From Deltaproteobacteria bacterium (lineage in GTDB: Bacteria > Myxococcota > B64-G9), in NCBI GenBank assembly GCA_019314375.1, contig JAFCZJ010000002.1:6904-70903 (forward strand): DNA of 64,000 nt, written 5' to 3'. Numbering within the stretch: the first letter of the stretch is position 1; every line of letters begins with the position of its first letter. The notes beneath the pieces are model-generated. The model ran no database searches, was not told the DNA's origin, and worked only from the letters and a program-made list of their open reading frames with translations. Positions 9,562 to 19,018 of the stretch are shown here, in pieces. A program made the position numbers and the translations under genes.

Positions 9562-10239
9562 CTAGGGTCTCTTCTTTAGCTCTTCAGCAGGAATACGTGC
9601 GCGCATCGCATCATAGTAAACTTGCATCCGCATAACCGCTTTACGTACATCGTCCAAATCCACACTCATGCGCTTGGCGGCCGAGCGCATGGCCTCAGGC
9701 AAGGTTTCGCCGATACTCATGCGAATCTCCACCGTTGCGGCCATGGCGTGCTCGGCCACCTTGGGTCGCGGCGGACCTTCCTTTTTGGGTAAGAAGATTT
9801 GGATTTTTTCAAAGCCAACGCCTTTGCCGTCCCATCCGTGACCGTCCCGGGCAAACATGGCTATGCCAAGCGGGACGGCCATCGTTTTTATTGACCCTGG
9901 CCAAGCCCGGATCTTGATCACCGAAGTGGAGCGTTGCAGGTCGTTATGGTGGCAGGCGTTACCCAGTAATTTCTCCAAGTCCTTTTTCGAAATGTCGACT
10001 GCAACCTCGATGTCGGCGATGGCCCGCGATCGTCCACCAGCGCTTCTGTCCTGCCAGCTACGGGTGGTCCAGGGAGTTTTGGCTTTCGGAGCTTTGCTGC
10101 CCGGCGTATTGCCCTGAGAGAACTGGTTGAAGGAGTTGAAGGCCTCGCCGAATTTGCTGTCGCAGGCGCTGACGACCACCATGCCCAGCAGCAAGGCGGC
10201 GAACATTGATCCAATAAGGAAAAGTCGGCTTCGTTCCAT
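9562..10239 (-). CDS. Lipoprotein of unknown function
   Basis: Internal ATG at 10239 is preceded by AGGAGA. Signal plus lipobox (LLLGMVVVSAC). Lies 38 nt downstream of the TetR gene on the same strand. Confidence 0.5.
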   Translation of the reverse strand: MERSRLFLIGSMFAALLLGMVVVSACDSKFGEAFNSFNQFSQGNTPGSKAPKAKTPWTTRSWQDRSAGGRSRAIADIEVAVDISKKDLEKLLGNACHHNDLQRSTSVIKIRAWPGSIKTMAVPLGIAMFARDGHGWDGKGVGFEKIQIFLPKKEGPPRPKVAEHAMAATVEIRMSIGETLPEAMRSAAKRMSVDLDDVRKAVMRMQVYYDAMRARIPAEELKKRP

Positions 10240-10277
10240 GGGGTTCTCCTTATTCGAGATCACATCTTCAATTGGAA

Positions 10278-10886
10278 TCACATCTTTAATTGGTCGGCCA
10301 CTTCGGGCACGAACAAGGCTCGGACATTGTAGCGCAGGATTTCGTCCACAATCTTGGGGCGTTCGGGCAACTGACTGCCCATGGCCACTTGATAAAGCAC
10401 TTCTTTGATGGAGCCGAGGATGCACAATGAGGTGATTTGCTTGTCCAGCTTCCTTAGAAGTTTCATCTCAAGACCTTGCTCTAAGGCGCTTTCGATGAGC
10501 ACCAGGAGACGGCCATAGAACTCTGAGAGTTTCTGATCGAATCCTGGATCCAAGCCGACTGCTTCGGCCAGCAGGAGGCGGAGCATGGGGCGATTTTCCA
10601 AAAGATAGTCCAAGACTTCGTCTACGTTGGACTCCATCTGCGCCACGACGCCTGTCGGACCCCGGCTGGGGTCAATGCGTCGCACCCGGCTGGCCAAGGC
10701 TGCGAACAAGTCGCCCAGGAGCTGATCGAAGACCATGCGTTTGCTTTCGAAATAGAGGTAGAAGGTGCCCCTGGCCACGCCCGCATCCCGAATGATGTCG
10801 GCGATGGTGGCCGTGTGGTAGCCCTTCTTGGCGAACACCGTCAGGGCGCATTCCAAGAGGTGCGCCCGTCTCTCTGCTCTTCGCAT
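10278..10886 (-). CDS. TetR-family transcriptional regulator
   Basis: ATG 10886. The N-terminal HTH LTVFAKKGYHTATIADIIRDAGVARGTFYLYFESK is the TetR signature. 202 aa. Confidence 0.85.
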   Translation of the reverse strand: MRRAERRAHLLECALTVFAKKGYHTATIADIIRDAGVARGTFYLYFESKRMVFDQLLGDLFAALASRVRRIDPSRGPTGVVAQMESNVDEVLDYLLENRPMLRLLLAEAVGLDPGFDQKLSEFYGRLLVLIESALEQGLEMKLLRKLDKQITSLCILGSIKEVLYQVAMGSQLPERPKIVDEILRYNVRALFVPEVADQLKM

Positions 10887-10971
10887 GGCTGGCTTTCCTT
10901 CAAGTAGTAAACCCAAGCTAGCAATTCTTCCGCCATTGGCAAAGCAAAAAGAGAAATGAGAAGGGCTGCTG

Positions 10972-11000
10972 TTGACCTTGCTGGTGCCCTGGCATAGCAT
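10972..11000 (+). promoter_or_regulatory. Candidate sigma70-type promoter
   Basis: TTGACC (10972-10977), 17-nt spacer, TAGCAT (10995-11000); 30 nt upstream of GTG 11030. Confidence 0.3.
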
Positions 11001-11029
11001 TTCCGCTCCATCGCAAGGAGGCGAGACCC

Positions 11030-11890
11030 GTGGCTAAGAAAACCAAGACCAAGACCAAGACCGCCCCTCGGCAGGCCAAGCCGGAAAAACCTTATCGACC
11101 GCGTCTAACCCGGAAAGATCTTTCGGAGATCATGGATTTCTCCAAGGGCTTGGCGCGCGCTGCCGGCACCCTGGCCCTGTCTTTTTATGGTCGCGCCAAT
11201 CCGAGCTTGCGTTATGACCACGACTTGATCACGGAGGCCGACCTGGCGGTGCAAGAGTATATCCGCAAGGAAGTGCACGCAGCCTATCCGGCGCATCGTT
11301 TTCTCGGCGAAGAGGGTGCCGCCCTGCCGGACGACCGGGACAAGCAAAGCCCGCTCTGGGTCGTCGATCCGGTGGATGGTTCGGCTGGATTCTCGGCGGG
11401 CATGCCGGTTTGGGCTATCTCTATCTGCCTCTTCGATGGGACGCGTCCAGTCTTGGGCCTGATTTATCTTCCGGTGACCGGAGAGCTCTATCACGCCATT
11501 GCCGGCGCCAAAGCCATGTTGAATGACCGGACCATTGAGGTTCGAGACGAGGTGGTGGACAACGAATCCTTGTTGTTAACCTACAGCCGCTTCCACTCCG
11601 ATTTCGTGACCCATTTTCCCGGTAAGGTTCGTTCCTTGGGTTCCACAGCGGCTCATTTGGCATATGTTGCCCGGGGTGCGGCCGGGGGTGCTGTTCTGGG
11701 CAACGTGCATGTATGGGATGTGGCGGCCGGCAGTGTTCTCTTGGAGGCTGCTGGTGGTGGATTCAGAGATCTCAATGGCAAAAAAGTGGATCTGAGTTGC
11801 TATCTGGAAGGCGGTCATATCGACAAGGTGCTCTTGGCGGCACCCAGGGGTTTACATGCCGATTTGACGGCGACCTTAGAACTCCGCTGA
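11030..11890 (+). CDS. Inositol monophosphatase family protein (SuhB/CysQ-like)
   Basis: FLGEEG, WVVDPVDGSAGF and VWDVAAG motifs. The Lys/Thr-rich N-terminal extension means the true start could be downstream (e.g. ATG 11132). Confidence 0.8.
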   Translation: MAKKTKTKTKTAPRQAKPEKPYRPRLTRKDLSEIMDFSKGLARAAGTLALSFYGRANPSLRYDHDLITEADLAVQEYIRKEVHAAYPAHRFLGEEGAALPDDRDKQSPLWVVDPVDGSAGFSAGMPVWAISICLFDGTRPVLGLIYLPVTGELYHAIAGAKAMLNDRTIEVRDEVVDNESLLLTYSRFHSDFVTHFPGKVRSLGSTAAHLAYVARGAAGGAVLGNVHVWDVAAGSVLLEAAGGGFRDLNGKKVDLSCYLEGGHIDKVLLAAPRGLHADLTATLELR

Positions 11891-12121
11891 GCCGGACTGC
11901 TCCTCTACGCCCCAGAGCCCTTCTTCTTGCCGGATTTGTTGCTTTCGGCTGAAGCGGATCCAGCCCCTGGTCAGGCTGCGGTTGATAGCCATGGCCATCA
12001 AGGCCGCGGCCAGCAGTCCCAAGCTGATAAGACAGGCCAAACCGACCGCCGTCCAGGGATCATTTACGGGGATTGTCGCGGAAGCAGAGGAGGCAATTTG
12101 AACTAGCTGCATCATAGACAT
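11876..12121 (-). CDS. Possible small membrane protein
   Basis: 81-aa ORF with one hydrophobic helix (WTAVGLACLISLGLLAAALMAMAI). No homology recognised. Overlaps the 3' end of the convergent IMPase gene by 15 nt. Confidence 0.25.
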   Translation of the reverse strand: MSMMQLVQIASSASATIPVNDPWTAVGLACLISLGLLAAALMAMAINRSLTRGWIRFSRKQQIRQEEGLWGVEEQSGSAEF

Positions 12122-12304
12122 TGGTTAAGCAATGCCTGTGCCAGAAACTCTTCCCGGGGAGGATTTCGACTAAGTTCAAGGTTTACAAGGGCTTGACGAA
12201 CGAGCTGGCCCTTGTCTCCAAATGCGCAGGGGGGAAGAATGAGGTACATGACTGCACAGGTGTGACATTTGCTTCACGCCTCTTGGCGCTCATGGTAGAG
12301 TGCC

Positions 12305-13030
12305 TTGCCTATGATCGACTTGCATTGCCACCTTTTACCCGGCGTGGACGACGGTGCCCAGGACCTGCAAAACAGCAGGTTGATGGCGAAGAACTTGGTC
12401 TCTTTGGGTTACCGCCATGTTTGCTGTACCCCTCATTTGCCTTGGTCTACCTTCACCCGAAGCGAAGCCGAACTCGATACCTTGCGCGACAAGCTGCAGC
12501 AGGACCTTGATGCCCAGGGCATTGAACTCACGCTGCACGTGGGCGCGGAGCACCACAGTTCGGTGGTGGGCGAATTGATGATCGATGGGAATCTGGTCGC
12601 CTTTCCCCGTGGGGACACCTTCTTGATGGAGTTTCCTTTGGGCGGTTTGCCTCCTGGTTGGGAGGATCTTTTGTTTCGGCTGCAGGTCAAGGGCATGCAG
12701 CCCGTTTTGGCCCATGTCGAACGCTATCCGGAGGTTCAGGCGGACTACAAGATTGTCCAGCGTTTCAAGGAGCGGGGTTGCCACATCCTGGTCAACCTGA
12801 CGAGCCTGGTGGGCGGTTGGGATCGCAAGGCGCGTCATGTGGCCAAGGAGTTAGTGCGCTCGGGTTTGGTGGATGCCGTAAATTCCGACATGCATCGGGA
12901 ATCGGAAGTGGATGCTTTGCGCGAGGGATTGGATGAGCTGCGCGCCTTGGTGGGGGCCGAGGCTTTGGAGCAAATGACCCTGCACAGTCCCGCCATCTTG
13001 GCCGGGATCCCGCTCGAGGAAGCCCCGTGA
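12305..13030 (+). CDS. CpsB/YwqE-type PHP-domain protein-tyrosine phosphatase
   Basis: The N-terminus MIDLHCHLLPGVDDGA and later conserved His residues are typical of the CpsB/CapC family. Confidence 0.8.
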   Translation: MPMIDLHCHLLPGVDDGAQDLQNSRLMAKNLVSLGYRHVCCTPHLPWSTFTRSEAELDTLRDKLQQDLDAQGIELTLHVGAEHHSSVVGELMIDGNLVAFPRGDTFLMEFPLGGLPPGWEDLLFRLQVKGMQPVLAHVERYPEVQADYKIVQRFKERGCHILVNLTSLVGGWDRKARHVAKELVRSGLVDAVNSDMHRESEVDALREGLDELRALVGAEALEQMTLHSPAILAGIPLEEAP

Positions 13031-14076
13031 AAAAGCTGCTCATCAACAGCGTGATCTCCATGTTCATCGGTGCCTTGTTTGTCTGGCTTGCGGTGCGGGA
13101 TGTGGACTGGAACGCCATGGGCTCGGCTTTCGGTCAGGTGGACCTGCTCAGGGTCGCCCTTTATTTGGGTCTTTTCATCGTGGTTCACTTTTCCCGGGTG
13201 CTGCGTTGGGGTTGCATGCTCAAGCCCCTGGGGCACGTGCCGTTTGGGCGGCTTTTTACCGTGTCCTCCGTGGGCTTCATGGCCCTTATTCTCTTGCCCC
13301 TGCGCTTGGGCGAATTTGCAAGACCCTTTCTCATTTCCGAGCGTGGCAAGATCCGTATGAGCGCCGCCTTGGCCACCATCGTGGTGGAGCGTGTGGTGGA
13401 CGCTCTCTTCATGGCCTTGATGCTGACCATCATTCTTTTCGCCTTGGGTGACAGCATCCAGGTGCCCGGCGATCTGCGATTCTGGGCTTGGATTGTCCTC
13501 GTCGCGTTCGTGGCCCTGCTCGTGGTTATGGTCTTGGCCTACTGGCGACAAGAGACAGCCGTGCGATGGTTCCGCGCCTTGGTTAAGCCCATCAGCGCCA
13601 AGCTGGCGGATCGCCTGTCCTCCATCCTGGAGTCTTTCTTCGGTGGGTTGAAAGCACTGCCGAGCTTCAAACTCTTTGGCGGCTTCTTGGGCCTGACCAT
13701 CATCTACTGGGGCTTGAACGCTTTGGGCCTGTGGATTCTCTTTGGTGCCTTCGATGGGCTTTCTCACCTGGGCTTCGTCGAGGCTTTGACCGTCTTGAGC
13801 GTCCTGTGTGTGGGCCTGATGATCCCTGCCGGTCCAGGCATGATCGGCAACTTTCACTGGTTCATCAAACTTGGATTGTCTTTGTTTGTGGCCGAGGCGA
13901 TGTTGGGTTCAAGCGGCGTGGCCTACGCCATCCTCGTCCATGGGATTCAGCTTTCCCAGCAGGTGATCTTCGGCGTGGCCTGTTTGTTCTCCGGCCACAT
14001 TTCTTTTCGGCGTGTCCTGGTTGCCCCCGCCGGGGTGGGGGACGGTTTGGACGGCAGCTCCCCACCAGCCCCGTAG
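13027..14076 (+). CDS. UPF0104 / lysyl-PG-synthase TM-region (flippase-like) family membrane protein
   Basis: GTG 13027 overlaps the previous stop. Multiple TM helices. The N-terminus KKLLINSVISMFIGALFVWLAVRDVDW is typical of the family. Confidence 0.7.
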   Translation: MKKLLINSVISMFIGALFVWLAVRDVDWNAMGSAFGQVDLLRVALYLGLFIVVHFSRVLRWGCMLKPLGHVPFGRLFTVSSVGFMALILLPLRLGEFARPFLISERGKIRMSAALATIVVERVVDALFMALMLTIILFALGDSIQVPGDLRFWAWIVLVAFVALLVVMVLAYWRQETAVRWFRALVKPISAKLADRLSSILESFFGGLKALPSFKLFGGFLGLTIIYWGLNALGLWILFGAFDGLSHLGFVEALTVLSVLCVGLMIPAGPGMIGNFHWFIKLGLSLFVAEAMLGSSGVAYAILVHGIQLSQQVIFGVACLFSGHISFRRVLVAPAGVGDGLDGSSPPAP

Positions 14077-14339
14077 TAAATTTAAATGCATCAAGATGGC
14101 GGTGGCTTCTTCATCGCCCAAGGACTCTTCCCGATCAAAATCTCGGCAGGCCCGTTCCAGTTCTCCACAGAATACCTGTCGGATTTTTCCAGCCCGCTCT
14201 GCCATCCGAGCCCTCCCAAGGCATGATGAATTGCCTCAAATGGTAACACGAGACTCGGACTTGTCAATTTTTTGGAAACTGGAAAAGCGCAACAAGTAGA
14301 GAGAGTTACAATAGGAAGGGAAAGTTATTTCTAGATGTT

Positions 14340-17039
14340 CTACTGCAGATCGAAGCCCTGCGCCAAAGTACCGCTGTTGCCGTGGGCGTCCGTGACTTGC
14401 ACCTGGAGGCTGTAATGCCCGGCTCCTTCATACTGGCTGTGGTTCAGCGTGAAGTTGCCGGTGGGGATGTTGCGCTGGGCCGTGCTCTCCGTGCCTTCGC
14501 CGTCGCGGGCGTTGACGTAGGTGTAAGCCACCTGTCCATCCGCGTCCACGGTGCCGGCCGTCAAATCAACCGGGCTGCCGGAAGGCGGCGTCAGGCTTGC
14601 CTGCACGCTCACGCTTCCGTCGGCGGGCACGGGGTGGGGAAGGTAGGGAGGGACTCGAGCAGAACGGTGTAGAAAACTACTGGAGGCCAGGCCCTCGAAC
14701 GTTGATTCTCCGTCGTCGTTGGTGAGACCCGGCGCATAAGAGACACTGCCCGTCAGGCCCGACTGCTGCAATTGCAGGTTGTGGAGTATCATGTGGGTCG
14801 AGGGCAGCAATTCGAAGGGGCTGGAATCGAGGCTGTAGCCTTGCGTGCCGGTGCCGTCAAAGTAGTGGCCTTCAATGTGGAGGCGGTAAGTCCCCAGGGG
14901 AAAGTCCAAGTGCTCTTCCCATTGCAGTTGCCAAATGTGAGGCGGATCATAATCAGAGTTTTCCAGCTCATAAGTCAGCATGGTGCTGTGCCCGTCGTCG
15001 CTGTACGGAGTGCCCGCCAGGTTGAGCACCGGCTCGAAGTTGCCGCTCACTTCTCGTTCCAAGGTCATGCGTGGCAGGTCCACCCCTGGATGACCGCCCA
15101 CCCAGCGAAAATCCACCAGCTGGCTGCGCTCGACCGTGGTCGGTACATCGGAAAGCACCTCCGCCACCTCTTCGCTCGTGGTCGTGGTGGGCTCGACCGT
15201 GTCGTCCGCGTAGTCGTACCAGGCCGGCAGGATGCCGTTGTCGATGAGGTCTACGCCGCCCGCCGCGAAGGCCTGGGCCAGCTCGCCGAGTTTTTCCAAG
15301 TAGTAGTCGCCCTCGGCCCATCCCCAGATGCCCATGGATGGCGCGTAGCCGCCTTGCAGCCAGTTGTCGGCGTGCATCAAATACAGGTGATGGTCTTGGC
15401 TATAGCCCAGCACCGCCACATCGCTCAGGCGATCGTCGGCGTCCAGCAGCAGTTGGGCGGCATCCCGGCCATATTTACCCAGAGGCTCTCCAGGCAGGGT
15501 CACAAAACCAAGGTCTCCGATGCGCATGGTGGTCAAATGCGTTTTGCAAAAGGGAGAAGCCGGTACACCGCCGGTGAGCATCTCCATGCTGAAGATGCAG
15601 CCCAATTGTCCGTCTTCGAAATGGGTGGCCGGATCCTCGTCTCCATTGCCCACGCATTGGAAGGCGCCGAAGTAGTACTCCTTGTCGAACTCGTCTCTGA
15701 ACTGGCCTTCGCCGTAGCCCAAAGCCTCCCGATCCACCGGGGCCCTCAAGTTGCTGATGTCGAGGGTCACGTCGTTGCGGGCCTGCCCTTCCAGGGCTTC
15801 GAATTGTGCGCGCAGGATGGGCCAAGTCAGGAGCCCCACTTGCTGAATGCTACGCCAGTCGTCCAAGCCGTTTCCGCCGCCCTCCGGCGTTACGTCGCCG
15901 GAGTTGCCCGAGAGGAAGACCGCCATGACCGGCAGCCCGGTGAGCTCTTGCAGTTTTTGTTGGGCGATGATCTCCACCGCGCCGGGGGCATCGCCCGTGA
16001 TGGTTTTGCCATTCGAGATGGTGCCGTGCATGGCCAAATCGAAAAGAAACGCCAAGGGCTGATCATTGATGTCGTCGATGCGCATGACGTAGAGGGAGTC
16101 GTCCATGGGGTCCTGGTCTTCTTCGCGACGATCTCGGTGAATGAGGCCCTCCGGATCCATGTTGCCTACCTTGGCCCAGGCAAACTTGGCTGCTTGCATG
16201 TTGTCCAAGGCGATCAGCACGGCGTCGGCCATGGCCTTGGTGTGGCGCTCGAACATTTCCGGCGAGTAGTCGCCGTGGCCCAATACGCCCATCTGCACAT
16301 CGGGTACCCAGAATGAATAGCGGCCCGGATAGGAGTGGGTGTGGTTGGCGCTCAGCACGATGCGATTGATGTAGTTTTCACCCGTGGCCTGGTAAAGGCG
16401 CCAAGCCGTGTGGGTCAGCATCCAGTCCGTGGTCCAGGAGGTGGCGGTGCGGATCAAGACGATGCGCTTGTCGCCGGCCTCGAAGACGAGGGCCTTGACC
16501 CGGGGGCGATCCCACATGCTCTCCGAGCCGCCCAGGGTTTTGCGGTAAGGTGTGCGGGGTCCCAATCGCGCCCCGTAACCCGCCATGCTGACGCCCATGG
16601 GGAAGTCCAAGGGCACGTCGCCGAGGCCCACTTGCAAGGTTGTGCCGAGGCCACCTGAGCCCGCCGCAGGCTCGCTGAAGGCCGCCAGGGCGTCTGTGAG
16701 ATAGGCTTCGCAGAATCCGTGGATGCACTGGTTTTCCAAGGGGCAGTCCGGGTCGGAGACGCAGAGTTTGACACAGCGACCGTCCACGCATTTGCCTTCG
16801 GGCTGGCAGGTCACGTCCTGGCCGCAAGGGGCCGCCGACCTGCAGCAGCCCTCCAAGCAGTCCTGGGTGTCCGAGCATTCGTAATAATAATCGCAAGGCG
16901 TGGTGCAGTCACCGCCTCCGTCGTCTGTGCCCCCATCCGTGTCATCATCGCCACCACCACAGGCCATGGGCAGCAAGGCCACCAGGGCCAACAAAACCAA
17001 CGCCATCATATGCTTTCGTGTCTTCACCATAACCTCCAT
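14340..17039 (-). CDS. Neutral/alkaline ceramidase-like lipoprotein with N-terminal Cys-rich module
   Basis: Lipobox (LVALLPMACGG), then a Cys-rich ~90-aa module. SMAGYGAR, SANHTHSYPG and LSGNSGDVTP are reminiscent of the neutral ceramidase N-terminal domain. Exact start is uncertain (ATGs at 17039/17030/17009). Confidence 0.6.
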   Translation of the reverse strand: MEVMVKTRKHMMALVLLALVALLPMACGGGDDDTDGGTDDGGGDCTTPCDYYYECSDTQDCLEGCCRSAAPCGQDVTCQPEGKCVDGRCVKLCVSDPDCPLENQCIHGFCEAYLTDALAAFSEPAAGSGGLGTTLQVGLGDVPLDFPMGVSMAGYGARLGPRTPYRKTLGGSESMWDRPRVKALVFEAGDKRIVLIRTATSWTTDWMLTHTAWRLYQATGENYINRIVLSANHTHSYPGRYSFWVPDVQMGVLGHGDYSPEMFERHTKAMADAVLIALDNMQAAKFAWAKVGNMDPEGLIHRDRREEDQDPMDDSLYVMRIDDINDQPLAFLFDLAMHGTISNGKTITGDAPGAVEIIAQQKLQELTGLPVMAVFLSGNSGDVTPEGGGNGLDDWRSIQQVGLLTWPILRAQFEALEGQARNDVTLDISNLRAPVDREALGYGEGQFRDEFDKEYYFGAFQCVGNGDEDPATHFEDGQLGCIFSMEMLTGGVPASPFCKTHLTTMRIGDLGFVTLPGEPLGKYGRDAAQLLLDADDRLSDVAVLGYSQDHHLYLMHADNWLQGGYAPSMGIWGWAEGDYYLEKLGELAQAFAAGGVDLIDNGILPAWYDYADDTVEPTTTTSEEVAEVLSDVPTTVERSQLVDFRWVGGHPGVDLPRMTLEREVSGNFEPVLNLAGTPYSDDGHSTMLTYELENSDYDPPHIWQLQWEEHLDFPLGTYRLHIEGHYFDGTGTQGYSLDSSPFELLPSTHMILHNLQLQQSGLTGSVSYAPGLTNDDGESTFEGLASSSFLHRSARVPPYLPHPVPADGSVSVQASLTPPSGSPVDLTAGTVDADGQVAYTYVNARDGEGTESTAQRNIPTGNFTLNHSQYEGAGHYSLQVQVTDAHGNSGTLAQGFDLQ

Positions 17040-17056
17040 CCAAGGGCCCCACTTAC

Positions 17057-17079
17057 TCTAACGGGCTATTCTAACGGGC
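17057..17079. promoter_or_regulatory. 10-bp direct repeat TCTAACGGGC x2
   Basis: Exact copies at 17057-17066 and 17070-17079 (13-bp period), 18-40 nt upstream of the ceramidase-like start. Confidence 0.2.
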
Positions 17080-17194
17080 AGGGCTTTGATCATGCAAGTG
17101 CCAGGACCCCGCTATTAATGCAGGACAGTTGGGCCGCAATCGGGTAAAGTAAATTTGTGGAATAATTTTTTGTACACGATGTCCAGCCCAGAGG

Positions 17195-17752
17195 ATGAAA
17201 GTGTCCATGAGTGACGTGAGTGAAAAGCCGACCAGGTGCCCATGCTGTGATTCATATTTGGATTGGGACCAGGCCGGAGAAGTGAAGCTCTTGCGATGCC
17301 CCCAATGCGATGGGTTTTGGGTGGCTCGGGAGACGATGGCGCAGATTGAAGCCCTGGCCATGGCCGAGGCCATAAGCCCGCCGGCGAGTGACGTCTTAAA
17401 GGAGCCATTGGGGTCGGATGCCCGGCCTTTTCTTAAGTGTCCTGAATGCGGCGAGCTCATGCGAAGACGGCGCTACGGCAAACGCTCGGCTGTGATCATC
17501 GACGTGTGTTCGGCGCACGGTACGTGGCTTGACGCCGATGAGCTCCAGCGCCTGGTGGTTTTCATCAAAGACGGAGGCTTTGAGGCCAGCGTGCGCAAGG
17601 AACGGGATTGGCTCGAAGCTTTGCTGGAAAAGGAAGCCTCTCGCATGCGTCTCGACAGCACGCGTTCTTTGAACAGTCGGGATGGGGAGCGTCAGGCCGC
17701 ACGAAATCTGGCAGAGGCCCTGTTGCCGGGTATTTACAGGGCATTGGGATAA
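17195..17752 (+). CDS. Zinc-ribbon (zf-TFIIB-type) domain protein
   Basis: Two CxxC...CxxC ribbons (CPCC...CPQCDGFWVARE; KCPECGELM...VCSAHGTWLDADELQRL). Confidence 0.6.
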   Translation: MKVSMSDVSEKPTRCPCCDSYLDWDQAGEVKLLRCPQCDGFWVARETMAQIEALAMAEAISPPASDVLKEPLGSDARPFLKCPECGELMRRRRYGKRSAVIIDVCSAHGTWLDADELQRLVVFIKDGGFEASVRKERDWLEALLEKEASRMRLDSTRSLNSRDGERQAARNLAEALLPGIYRALG

Positions 17753-17784
17753 GGGCATTGGGATAAACGATCAGGAGAACCATC

Positions 17785-18672
17785 ATGTTGGTGACATGTT
17801 CCAAGTGCAATCGTCATGTGGATACTGGTTCCGTCGCGGCGGGGGATGTCGTTCAGTGTAGTTGCGGCATGGGCATCATGGTGCCCGAGGGGCCCGCGGC
17901 CGCTGGCAAGATGAACTGTCCGGCCTGTGGCGCGCCCGTGGACCCGGACCTGAAAAACTGCATTTTTTGCGACACCAAGTTGGCGACGGTCATCTGTCCG
18001 GCTTGTTTCGGGGCGATCTTCGAAGGCAGCAAGCATTGCGCCCACTGCGGTGAGAACTTGCAGCAGAAAAAAGTCGTCATCCACGGTGATCAGACCGAAC
18101 ACATCTGCCCGCGTTGCCCGAATGATCCCAAGCTCAGGGTGGAGGTCGTGGCGGGCTTCCCCCTGGAGCGCTGCCCGGAATGCGAGGGGATGTGGGTGGA
18201 TGATGACATCGTGGATCGCATCTATAAAGATCGCGAAAACGCCCCCACGGTTCAGTCCATGACCAAATCCAGCAAAGCCGACGTGGCGGCCACCGGCGGC
18301 GGACTACCGGTCCCCGAGGGCTACATCAAGTGTCCGATTTGCGACAAGATGATGAACCGCAAGAACTTCGGCCGCTTTTCCGGCGTGATCATCGACATCT
18401 GCAAGGGCCACGGCACCTGGTTTGACGCGGATGAGCTTCGGCGCATCATGGAGTTCATCGCCGCCGGCGGCCTGGAAAAACAAGCCGAACGAGAACGAGA
18501 AGACCTGCGCCAGGAACTGCGCTGGCTCAAGCAAAAGAAAAACCTGGAAGCCGTGTCGGATCGCATGAACGCCCCCAGCCACGGTGCCGGCCTGGGTATG
18601 GGCGGCATAAATCGCAGCCTGGCCGGTTCGGCTGCCCTGGGTATCGGTAGCCTTCTGCGCAAGCTCTTCTAA
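17785..18672 (+). CDS. Zinc-ribbon (zf-TFIIB-type) domain protein, paralogue of the preceding gene
   Basis: Several CxxC pairs. CPECEGMWVDDDIVDRI and KCPICDKMM...ICKGHGTWFDADELRRIMEFI parallel the upstream gene. Confidence 0.6.
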   Translation: MLVTCSKCNRHVDTGSVAAGDVVQCSCGMGIMVPEGPAAAGKMNCPACGAPVDPDLKNCIFCDTKLATVICPACFGAIFEGSKHCAHCGENLQQKKVVIHGDQTEHICPRCPNDPKLRVEVVAGFPLERCPECEGMWVDDDIVDRIYKDRENAPTVQSMTKSSKADVAATGGGLPVPEGYIKCPICDKMMNRKNFGRFSGVIIDICKGHGTWFDADELRRIMEFIAAGGLEKQAEREREDLRQELRWLKQKKNLEAVSDRMNAPSHGAGLGMGGINRSLAGSAALGIGSLLRKLF

Positions 18673-18685
18673 AGCCGATTTACCC

Positions 18686-18714
18686 TTGACAGACAGGCCA
18701 GATACACGTAATTT
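18686..18714 (+). promoter_or_regulatory. Candidate sigma70-type promoter upstream of tRNA
   Basis: TTGACA (18686-18691), 17-nt spacer, TAATTT (18709-18714); about 70 nt upstream of the tRNA 5' end. Confidence 0.35.
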
Positions 18715-18785
18715 CCGGCCCTGCCGCGGTTGGGCTCAATAGACCGACCAAGGCTTGGTATTTGACATAGCTTGATATTTGACAT

Positions 18786-18859
18786 GGTGGAGTAGCTCAG
18801 TCGGCCAGAGCAGGGGTCTCATAAGCCCCGTGTCGGCGGTTCGATTCCGCCCTCCACCA
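18786..18859 (+). tRNA. tRNA-Met (anticodon CAT; elongator-type, Ile2/lysidine type not excluded)
   Basis: Hand-folded cloverleaf. Acceptor GGTGGAG/CTCCACC; D stem GCTC/GAGC; anticodon stem GGGGT/GCCCC with loop CTCATAA; 5-nt variable loop; T stem GGCGG/CCGCC with loop TTCGATT; discriminator A. G1-C72 is paired, so it is not an initiator. CCA is not encoded. Confidence 0.85.
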
Positions 18860-18873
18860 TTTCTTGAGATGAA

Positions 18874-18907
18874 CGAGACCCCGCAATCCTTTGCGGGGTC
18901 TCGTTTT
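18874..18907 (+). terminator. Rho-independent terminator
   Basis: CGAGACCCCGCAA-tcct-TTGCGGGGTCTCG followed by TTTT. Confidence 0.7.
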
Positions 18908-19018
18908 GGCCAAAATTGGGACGCGATGTTCGCCGCTTCATGTGGCGATCACAACTTGGATAAGCCCAGCTATGTGGACACCTGCTTCCCCCATCGTTGA
19001 TCTCTAATTTGACCGAAC

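Noticed and set aside
10990-11005. TGGCAT-agcat-TTCCG sigma54-like motif upstream of the IMPase gene
   Set aside because: The invariant GC of the -12 element is replaced by CC. The same bases fit a sigma70 -10 (TAGCAT) with a TTGACC -35 instead.
13909-14205. 98-aa minus-strand ORF starting in the 14077-14339 intergenic region (MAERAGKIRQVFCGELERACRDFD...)
   Set aside because: Only the first ~43 codons lie in intergenic DNA. The rest is antisense to the UPF0104 gene and looks like junk. No RBS or motif. A short genuine peptide cannot be excluded.
18786-19018. tRNA-linked integrative element or prophage
   Set aside because: No integrase, excisionase or transposase ORF is present. I could not find a duplicated copy of the tRNA 3' end downstream within the window.
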